This document shows positions 1-7,359 of a stretch of 64,000 bases of DNA, one piece after another; within the stretch, counting starts at the first letter, position 1, and each line of letters begins with the position of its first letter. Position numbers and translations under genes: made by a program. A model generated the notes under the pieces. That model was not told the DNA's origin. It saw nothing but the letters and a program-made list of their open reading frames with translations, and did no database searches. The stretch is from NCBI RefSeq assembly GCF_044324785.1, contig NZ_CP172127.1. One strand, given 5' to 3'. This DNA comes from Escherichia coli (GTDB lineage: Bacteria > Pseudomonadota > Gammaproteobacteria > Enterobacterales > Enterobacteriaceae).

Positions 1-2301
1 ATGGCCGTTAAAGCCTCCGGGCGTTTTGTCCCTCCGTCAGCATTTGCCGCAGGCACCGGTAAGGCGTTTACCGGTGCTTATGCATGGAACGCGCCACGCG
101 AGGCTGTCGGGCGCGAAAGACCCCTTACACGTGACGAGATGCGTCAGGTGCAAGGTGTTTTATCCACGATTAACCGCCTGCCTTACTTTTTGCGCTCGCT
201 GTTTACTTCACGCTATGACTACATCCGGCGCAATAAAAGCCCGGTGCACGGGTTTTATTTCCTCACATCCACTTTTCAGCGTCGTTTATGGCCGCGCATT
301 GAGCGTGTGAATCAGCGCCATGAAATGAACACCGACGCGTCGTTGCTGTTTCTGGCAGAGCGTGACCACTATGCGCGCCTGCCGGGAATGAATGACAAGG
401 AGCTGAAAAAGTTTGCTGCCCGTATCTCATCGCAGCTTTTCATGATGTATGAGGAACTCTGCGATGCCTGGGTGGATGCGCATGGCGAAAAAGAATCGCT
501 GTTTACGGATGAGGCGCAGGCACATCTGTATGGTCATGTTGCTGGCGCTGCACGTGCTTTCAATATTTCCCCGCTTTACTGGAAAAAATACCGTAAAGGG
601 CAGATGACCACGAGGCAGGCATATTCTGCCATTGCCCGCCTGTTTAACGATGAGTGGTGGACTCATCAGCTTAAAGGCCAGCGTATGCGCTGGCATGAGG
701 CGTTACTGATTGCTGTCGGGGAGGTCAATAAAGACCGTTCTCCTTATGCCAGTAAACATGCCATTCGTGATGTGCGTGCGCGCCGCCAGGCAAATCTGGA
801 ATTTCTTAAATCGTGTGACCTTGAAAACAAGGAAACCGGCGAGCGCATCGACCTTATCAGTAAGGTGATGGGCAGTATTTCTAATCCAGAAATTCGCCGG
901 ATGGAGCTGATGAACACCATCGCCGGTATTGAGCGTTACGCCGCCGCAGAGGGTGATGTAGGGATGTTTATCACGCTGACCGCGCCGTCAAAGTATCACC
1001 CGACACGTCAGGTCAGAAAAGGCGAAAGTAAAACCGTCCAGCTAAATCACGGCTGGAACGATGAGGCATTTAATCCAAAGGATGCGCAGCGTTATCTCTG
1101 CCGTATCTGGAGCCTGATGCGCACGGCATTCAAGGATAATGATTTACAGGCCTACGGTTTGCGTGTTGTTGAACCACACCACGACGGAACGCCGCACTGG
1201 CATATGATGCTTTTTTGTAATCCACGCCAGCGTAACCAGATTATTGAAATCATGCGTCGCTACGCGCTCAAAGAGGATGGCGACGAAAGAGGAGCTGCGC
1301 GAAACCGTTTTCAGGCAAAACACCTTAACCGGGGCGGTGCTGCGGGATATATCGCGAAATACATCTCAAAAAACATCGACGGCTATGCACTGGATGGTCA
1401 GCTCGATAATGATACCGGTAGACCGCTGAAAGACACAGCTGCGGCTGTTACCGCATGGGCGTCAACGTGGCGCATTCCGCAATTTAAAACGGTTGGTCTG
1501 CCGACAATGGGGGCTTACCGTGAACTACGCAAATTGCCTCGCGGCGTCAGCATTGCTGATGAGTTTGACGAGCGCGTCGAGGCTGCACGCGCCGCTGCAG
1601 ACAGTGGTGATTTTGCGTTGTATATCAGCGCGCAGGGCGGGGCAAATGTCCCGCGCGATTGCCAGACTGTCAGGGTCGCCCGTAGCCCGTCGGATGACGT
1701 TAACGAGTACGAGGAAGAAGTCGAGAGAGTGGTCGGCATTTACGCGCCGCATCTCGGCGCGCGTCATATTCATATCACCAGAACGACGGACTGGCGCATT
1801 GTTCCGAAAGTGCCGGTCGTTGAGCCTTTGACTTTAAAAAGCGGCATCGCCGCGCCTCGGAGTCCTGTCAATAACTGTGGAAAGCTCACCGGTGGTGATA
1901 CTTCGTTACCGGCTCCCACACCTTCTGAGCACGCCGCAGCAGTGCTTAATCTGGTTGATGACGGTGTTATTGAATGGAATGAACCGGAGGTCGTGAGGGC
2001 GCTCAGGGGCGCATTAAAACACGGCCTGAGAAGACCAAACCGTCAGCAAAGAAACGGAAGCCCGTTAAAACCGCATGAAATAGCGCCATCGGCCAGACTG
2101 ACCCGGTCGGAACGAATGCAAATTACCCGTATCCGCGTTGACCTTGCTCAGAACGGTATCAGGCCACAGCGATGGGAGCTTGAGGCGCTGGCGCGTGGTG
2201 CGATGGTGATATTCGATGATAAAAAATATAAGTATGTGGCAAGTAATGTCGATGAGTGGCAGGGTTTTAGTAATGAGTACTTCAGCAAAGAGCTCAAGTA
2301 A
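1..2301 (+). CDS. A: P2 gpA rolling-circle replication initiator (HUH endonuclease)
   Basis: 766-aa ORF starting MAVKASGRFVPPSAFAAGTGK, near identical to remembered P2 A. It has the HUH-like HHDGTPHWHMM and the tyrosine motif GYIAKYISKN. The last ~30 aa diverge and are AT-rich. Confidence 0.95.
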   Translation: MAVKASGRFVPPSAFAAGTGKAFTGAYAWNAPREAVGRERPLTRDEMRQVQGVLSTINRLPYFLRSLFTSRYDYIRRNKSPVHGFYFLTSTFQRRLWPRIERVNQRHEMNTDASLLFLAERDHYARLPGMNDKELKKFAARISSQLFMMYEELCDAWVDAHGEKESLFTDEAQAHLYGHVAGAARAFNISPLYWKKYRKGQMTTRQAYSAIARLFNDEWWTHQLKGQRMRWHEALLIAVGEVNKDRSPYASKHAIRDVRARRQANLEFLKSCDLENKETGERIDLISKVMGSISNPEIRRMELMNTIAGIERYAAAEGDVGMFITLTAPSKYHPTRQVRKGESKTVQLNHGWNDEAFNPKDAQRYLCRIWSLMRTAFKDNDLQAYGLRVVEPHHDGTPHWHMMLFCNPRQRNQIIEIMRRYALKEDGDERGAARNRFQAKHLNRGGAAGYIAKYISKNIDGYALDGQLDNDTGRPLKDTAAAVTAWASTWRIPQFKTVGLPTMGAYRELRKLPRGVSIADEFDERVEAARAAADSGDFALYISAQGGANVPRDCQTVRVARSPSDDVNEYEEEVERVVGIYAPHLGARHIHITRTTDWRIVPKVPVVEPLTLKSGIAAPRSPVNNCGKLTGGDTSLPAPTPSEHAAAVLNLVDDGVIEWNEPEVVRALRGALKHGLRRPNRQQRNGSPLKPHEIAPSARLTRSERMQITRIRVDLAQNGIRPQRWELEALARGAMVIFDDKKYKYVASNVDEWQGFSNEYFSKELK

Positions 2302-2351
2302 TGGTAGAATTAAATATTGTTGTCTAAATATACATATATGGTTAACTGAAC

Positions 2352-3503
2352 ATGAATGTGGTTGATTTATACTCAGGGGTAGGTGGTTTAAGCTTGGGAG
2401 CATCACGGGCAGGCTTTAACTTGGTTGGTGCCGTTGAGTTGGATAAGCATGCAATATTTTCCCATGCTCTTAATTTCCCAAATTCAACACATTTACATAA
2501 AGATGTTAGCAAACTTTCTGCTCATGATATTCTAACAGCTTGTAATGTTAGTAATATTGATTGTGTCATCGGTGGACCACCTTGTCAGGGATTTAGTACA
2601 ATTGGTAAAGGGATGGCTAATGACGTCAGAAATGAATTGTATATTCATTTTTTTAGGTTGGTGAGCGAGTTATCACCTGTTTGTTTCTTGGCAGAGAATG
2701 TTCCTGGGATAATGAATGAAAAATATGATGCAGTTAGAGAAAAAGCATTCTCATTAGTAAAAGACCGATATGTAATATTGAGCCCAATAAAAGTGAATGC
2801 GTCTAATTATGGAGCTCCTACAACTAGAACTAGGATTTTTTTTATCGGATTCAAAAAGGAATTAGCTAATTGTTTAAAAGAATCTGATTTCTTTCCTGTG
2901 CAAGATATTGAGCAAACCTTAGTTAAAGATGCTTTATACGGTATTCCTCGTGTTATAAGAAAAGAATGGCAGCAAGAGGAACAAGGCTGGCGTGAAGTTA
3001 AGATGGATAGGCAAGGATATTTTTTTGATAGACTTTGGAGTAATGTTCCGAATAATGTTGGTGATCCGGAATCTTTAGAAAAATTAAAAAAAGGGTTGGT
3101 CTCCGGTTTCTTGGGAACAATACATACAGATGAGGTTATTAATAGATATAAAAAACTCTCTTTTGGCGAAACTGATAAAATTTCACGATCTCAGAGGTTA
3201 AATCCAAATGGTTTCTGTCCGACGCTAAGGGCTGGAACTGGCAGCGATAAGGGCAGTTATCAAGCAGTTAGGCCGATCCATCCAACGCAGGCTAGAGTTA
3301 TTACTCCACGTGAGGCTGCTCGATTACAAGGTTTTCCTGATTGGTTTAGGTTTCACCCTACTAAGTGGCATAGTTTCAGGCAAATCGGTAATAGCGTTAG
3401 CCCATTAGTAGCTGAAGCTATGCTATTACCGTTATATAAATTATGTCAGTTTTCTAAAGAAGAACTTTCGAATACCACGGAATTACTTTGTAATACTCAA
3501 TAA
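2352..3503 (+). CDS. DNA (cytosine-5)-methyltransferase (Dcm-like)
   Basis: Motif I DLYSGVGG, motif IV GGPPCQGFS, motif VI ENV, motif VIII TRTRIFFIG, motif IX/X RVITPREAARLQGFP and GNSVSPLVAEAM. AT-rich cargo DNA. Confidence 0.9.
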   Translation: MNVVDLYSGVGGLSLGASRAGFNLVGAVELDKHAIFSHALNFPNSTHLHKDVSKLSAHDILTACNVSNIDCVIGGPPCQGFSTIGKGMANDVRNELYIHFFRLVSELSPVCFLAENVPGIMNEKYDAVREKAFSLVKDRYVILSPIKVNASNYGAPTTRTRIFFIGFKKELANCLKESDFFPVQDIEQTLVKDALYGIPRVIRKEWQQEEQGWREVKMDRQGYFFDRLWSNVPNNVGDPESLEKLKKGLVSGFLGTIHTDEVINRYKKLSFGETDKISRSQRLNPNGFCPTLRAGTGSDKGSYQAVRPIHPTQARVITPREAARLQGFPDWFRFHPTKWHSFRQIGNSVSPLVAEAMLLPLYKLCQFSKEELSNTTELLCNTQ

Positions 3504-3915
3504 AGTTTTTAAGGTTACTATTAGCCTCGGCTTCATCATCTCCAATGTAAAAGCCGAGGTCGTTGGTAATTTCTTCATGGTCTTTTGTAGGAAGTCGTTC
3601 CTCAATAAAGATTCTCTCACGTAAAGACATCGTGGGAACACTAATGTTTTTGACGGTGCCCCAGTCTCCAGAATAAAAGGGCCAAAAATTAATTCGAGAA
3701 TTTTGAAGGAAGCTATCTAATTGCATATCACTGTTTTCGAGAACAATGGCAGTAAAGGTAAGCATTTGCTGACCATCTTTGTAAATAAAATTACATAAAG
3801 GATGGATCATTATATCTGGTCTACCTGTTAATCCAATACTTATGGCACGTTGAGCTGCTTTTATTAAAAGGTGTGGGTACCTTTTAAAAGTGACATCATC
3901 AACAGTTAGATTCAC
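3454..3915 (-). CDS. Hypothetical protein (153 aa), probably the C-terminal part of a frameshift fusion with the upstream ORF
   Basis: GTG start with no Shine-Dalgarno. Its frame is open back to just upstream of the A7 tract at 3948-3954. There is a GTGA overlap with the upstream ORF. The 3' end overlaps the methyltransferase gene by 50 nt. Confidence 0.55.
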   Translation of the reverse strand: MNLTVDDVTFKRYPHLLIKAAQRAISIGLTGRPDIMIHPLCNFIYKDGQQMLTFTAIVLENSDMQLDSFLQNSRINFWPFYSGDWGTVKNISVPTMSLRERIFIEERLPTKDHEEITNDLGFYIGDDEAEANSNLKNFIEYYKVIPWYSKVLL

Positions 3916-4445
3916 TGGGCAATAATCTTGAGTAAGTAAAGATTGTATTTTTTTAATCGAAAACGCCTAGGGTCTCTTTCTTGAAAATCTCTTCCTAAAG
4001 TTTCAGGAGTTGCATTTAAAGTTATTTTAAATATATCTTTTGGCTTTAACTTACTTACCAATTGAGCAATGTCATTCATTTGCTCATATATTTGGCTTGG
4101 TATGGCATAGTCAAGCCAAATTAGAGAAGGTGCAGCGAAGTCGCTTTGAGTAATAAATTCACTGCTACTTAAAGGTTCTTCTCCTAAATCAATACATGAT
4201 ATAGGTTTGTTAAATTTTTGTCGTTTATGAACGTTAGCATCTACCTCTAGAGAGATCATGTTATTGATTTTTAAAGCATTATGCAGTTGTTTGAAGTCTT
4301 CTAGAAAAGGGCCACCAAACCCGATATAAACATAATCGGATATGTTTACATAGTTGTTGAGTTTTCTGAGCAACTCAATGAATAGATTTCTTTCGACAGC
4401 TTTGTGTTGTCGAAGATGATAAGGAATACTTCCCCCAGTACTCAT
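3912..4445 (-). CDS. Hypothetical protein (177 aa) with a Rossmann/class-I-methyltransferase-like N-terminal pattern
   Basis: ATG preceded by GAGAGGG and an ATGA overlap with the GHKL ATPase stop. The pattern YVYIGFGGPF ... MISLEVD ... SLIWLDY resembles beta1-Gly loop / beta2-acidic / beta4-Asp of class I MTase folds (weak inference). Confidence 0.6.
   Translation of the reverse strand: MSTGGSIPYHLRQHKAVERNLFIELLRKLNNYVNISDYVYIGFGGPFLEDFKQLHNALKINNMISLEVDANVHKRQKFNKPISCIDLGEEPLSSSEFITQSDFAAPSLIWLDYAIPSQIYEQMNDIAQLVSKLKPKDIFKITLNATPETLGRDFQERDPRRFRLKKYNLYLLKIIAQ
3948..3954 (-). other. A_AAA_AAA slippery heptamer (candidate -1 frameshift site or homopolymer indel) joining the 177-aa and 153-aa ORFs
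   Basis: The minus strand reads cga tta aaa aaa tac in the 177-aa frame, so the seven A residues sit in exact X_XXY_YYZ register. The -1 frame is open from 5 codons upstream and runs into the 153-aa ORF. A weak hairpin AATCTT-N9-AAGATT (3924-3944) starts 3 nt downstream. Confidence 0.5.
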
Positions 4446-5908
4446 TTTTTTGCCCTCTCTAAAAAATCTTCAAAGCAATAATTACCAATTTCTGTCGGAG
4501 GAACAGAATCATCATCGAAAATGAAAGTGGCAACAGTTTTTATCTCACTCAATCTTCTACTAAATTTTATTTGCTTTAAAGGGTCTGTTTCTTTAGGTAT
4601 TGGCAATGTTGGTTTGAAACTATTCCCACCAATGGATCTATGCACCCGAGACCATTTATCTTCAGGTACTATGCTATCTAGTTTGTCGTTTGTAAGAGGA
4701 ATTGTTTTAGATGTGGAACTAAACATTTGCTGGCGTTCTGGAGAGTTACTTTTCCATCTGTTAGTAAAATCTGTAAATATTTTCAAGCCTTCACGCATGA
4801 AATCTTTAGTAGCCAAATAGATATCAGAATTACCATCAATGCCTCTCTTGGTAGTAGTAATAGGTAATTTTTCAGCTTCATTAGATGTAAAAATAGCTAC
4901 GCCTGCAATTCCAACAAATTGTGTGTGATATTGTGGAACTCCTGCTTCACCCCATCCGGTAAGACGTGTCTTGTCCGCATGAACAACAACACGATCATTG
5001 CAGATAATAGTCCATCCGGCTTTCTCGGAAGTGTTACGTCCAGTAAGGAATGAATTTTCCTCATCTTCTGTCACAAAATCTCTATAGAATCCAACTGCGA
5101 TCTTTATTGAAACTCCATTAGTTTCACCTCTGTAAAAATAAGGCGTGATACCACCTTTTTTCGCTGACACAAGAGCTTCGGTATCGATAATTAATGATGT
5201 CAGATTTGGCTTGACTTCTATATCATTAATATAGACCTTGAAACCTTTATTAAGAATTAGGCTATAATGGTTTGAAACAGAATTGATTAATTTTTGTTGA
5301 AAATCACGATCAACTTTGAAATGGTTTTTTACATCGTCTCTGAGATCGTTAACTATAATTTTTACGCCCGTTGTTTTTAAATCGACATTACCACGTTCGA
5401 GATCTAGTTTCCAGTTTTTATCATTGGATAACCATTCTGGAGAAATTGTAACTTTAAATTCCTCGTCTTTTGTTTTACTTAATACTTGCGATGAAGTGCC
5501 CAACTTAAAAATAGCTCGCTTCATACCTATCCCATAAACACCAATGGTTGGGATATTATCTATGTCTCTTTCATTTGGTCTTCCCATTCGGAAAGCATAG
5601 CTTGTTGCTAAGCTTCCCGAAATTCCGCCACAATTATCTTCAATTGTAAAACCATCTTCATTAAAATTTATTTTTGAGTAAAAACCGTGGTATTTATTTT
5701 CTTCGTTTATTTCTTCATTCGATGATGAAATGGAACGAAGAGCGCCATCAAGACAGTTGTCTAATAAGTCAAGAATAGCATCTTGGAGTTCGATATCCCT
5801 GGTTAACATTTCTACAAAGAAACGTTTTGCAGGAAAAGCTTCGATGATATCGTTTGCCATAGTTATTTTAGTTCCATCTGTGTGATTACTTATAGATATG
5901 TTTACCAT
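4442..5908 (-). CDS. GHKL (Bergerat-fold, HATPase_c_3 / MutL-MORC-like) ATPase, 488 aa
   Basis: N box AILDLLDNCLDGA, G1 box EDNCGGIS, G2 box IGVYGIGMKRA. A long C-terminal region is compatible with a transducer domain. No nuclease motif recognised. Confidence 0.8.
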   Translation of the reverse strand: MVNISISNHTDGTKITMANDIIEAFPAKRFFVEMLTRDIELQDAILDLLDNCLDGALRSISSSNEEINEENKYHGFYSKINFNEDGFTIEDNCGGISGSLATSYAFRMGRPNERDIDNIPTIGVYGIGMKRAIFKLGTSSQVLSKTKDEEFKVTISPEWLSNDKNWKLDLERGNVDLKTTGVKIIVNDLRDDVKNHFKVDRDFQQKLINSVSNHYSLILNKGFKVYINDIEVKPNLTSLIIDTEALVSAKKGGITPYFYRGETNGVSIKIAVGFYRDFVTEDEENSFLTGRNTSEKAGWTIICNDRVVVHADKTRLTGWGEAGVPQYHTQFVGIAGVAIFTSNEAEKLPITTTKRGIDGNSDIYLATKDFMREGLKIFTDFTNRWKSNSPERQQMFSSTSKTIPLTNDKLDSIVPEDKWSRVHRSIGGNSFKPTLPIPKETDPLKQIKFSRRLSEIKTVATFIFDDDSVPPTEIGNYCFEDFLERAKK

Positions 5909-6136
5909 AAAACAAGGTACAGATCATCGATGTTTAGCACAACATCTTGAGAGTTTCTTGGTAGCATGAGGGGGATTATGCCGCTTATTTTATGATTTTC
6001 AGCTTTGTGCTAATGCATCTAACTGGTGCATGAGTTTGCATTCGCTTTTATTTCAAAGCATGTGGGGGCGTGCTAGTGTTGGTAGAGCTCTGATTTCCTG
6101 ATGCAACTGCATTAAAACCGCCCCATGAAGCGGGCG

Positions 6137-6155
6137 GGCGAGGCGGGGAAAGCAC
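6137..6155 (+). other. cos: P2 cos site (19-nt cohesive end sequence)
   Basis: GGCGAGGCGGGGAAAGCAC matches the remembered P2 cohesive end. It sits between the cargo and gene Q, as in P2. Confidence 0.8.
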
Positions 6156-6297
6156 TGCGCGCTGGCGGTGGTGCTGATTTTATTTTTTCAGCGTCTCAGC
6201 GCGTCGTGACGGCGCTTAGTCTGCCCGTTGAGGCGTTGGTGTGTCTGCGGGGTGTTTTGTGCGGTGGTGAGCGTGTGAGGGCGTGATGACGGGGTGT

Positions 6298-6319
6298 AAA
6301 AAAGCCGCCCGCAGGCGGC
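6298..6319 (-). terminator. Intrinsic terminator downstream of Q
   Basis: Minus strand GCCGCC-tgcg-GGCGGC followed by T6, immediately after the Q stop. Confidence 0.7.
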
Positions 6320-6324
6320 GATGT

Positions 6325-7359
6325 TCAGCCGTTGTCAGTGTCCAGTGAGTAGTTTTTAAATCGGATGACCTCCTGACCGAGCCAGCCGTTTATCTCGCGG
6401 ATCCTGTCCTGTAACGGGATAAGCTCATTGCGGACAAAGACCTTTGCCACTTTCTCAATATCACCCAGCGACCCGACGTTCTCCGGCTTGCCGCCCATCA
6501 ACTGAAAGGGGATGCGGTGCGCGTCCAGCAGGTCTGCGGCGCTGGCTTTTTTGATATTAAAAAAATCGTCTTTCGTCGCCACTTCACTGAGCGGGATAAT
6601 TTTAATGCCGTCGGCTTTTCCCTGCGGGGCGTAGAGAAACAGATTTTTAAAGTTGTTGCGGCCTTTCGACTTCACCATGTTTTCGCGGAGCATTTCGATA
6701 TCGTTGCGATCCTGCACGGCGTCGGTGACGTACATGATGTATCCGGCATGTGCGCCGTTTTCGTAATACTTGCGGCGGAACAGCGTGGCCGACTCATTCA
6801 GCCAGGCAGAGTTAAGGGCGCTGAGATATTCCGGCAGGCCGTACAGCTCCTGATTGATATCCGGCTCCAGCAGGTGAAATACGGAGCCGGGCGCGAAGGC
6901 TGTCGGTTCGTTGAAGGACGGCACCCACCAGTAAACATCCTCTTCCACCCCACGGCGGGTATATTTTGCCGGTGAGGTTTCCAGTCTGATGACCTTACCG
7001 GTGGTGCTGTAACGCTTTTCCAGAAACGCATTGCCGAACACCAGAAAATCCAGCACAAAGCGGCTGAAATCCTGCTGGGAAAGCCACGGATGCGGGATAA
7101 ATGTCGAGGCCAGAATATTGCGTTTGACGTAAATCGGTGAGCTGTGATGCACGGCAGCACGCAGACTTTTTGCCAGCCCGGTAAAGCTGACCGGCGGCTC
7201 ATACCATCTGCCGTTACTGATGCATTCGACGTAATCCAGAATGTCACGGCGGTCGAGTACCGGCACCGGCTCGCCAAAGGTGAATGCCTCCATTTTCGGG
7301 GCGCTGGCAGTCATTTTTTTTGCCGCAGGTTGCGGTGTTTTCCCTTTTTTCTTGCTCAT
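6325..7359 (-). CDS. Q: Portal protein gpQ
   Basis: 344 aa, MSKKKGKTPQPAAKKM..., matches remembered P2 Q in position and orientation. Confidence 0.93.
   Translation of the reverse strand: MSKKKGKTPQPAAKKMTASAPKMEAFTFGEPVPVLDRRDILDYVECISNGRWYEPPVSFTGLAKSLRAAVHHSSPIYVKRNILASTFIPHPWLSQQDFSRFVLDFLVFGNAFLEKRYSTTGKVIRLETSPAKYTRRGVEEDVYWWVPSFNEPTAFAPGSVFHLLEPDINQELYGLPEYLSALNSAWLNESATLFRRKYYENGAHAGYIMYVTDAVQDRNDIEMLRENMVKSKGRNNFKNLFLYAPQGKADGIKIIPLSEVATKDDFFNIKKASAADLLDAHRIPFQLMGGKPENVGSLGDIEKVAKVFVRNELIPLQDRIREINGWLGQEVIRFKNYSLDTDNG

Noticed and set aside
5934-6013. A perfect 9-bp inverted repeat TTAGCACAA / TTGTGCTAA, 62 bp apart, between the GHKL operon start and cos. It is a possible operator bracketing a weak promoter (minus strand TTAGCA-15-TAAAAT).
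   Set aside because: A 9-bp match in ~200 bp of AT-rich DNA is only marginally above chance, and the promoter spacing is poor. Noted, but not strong enough to call.
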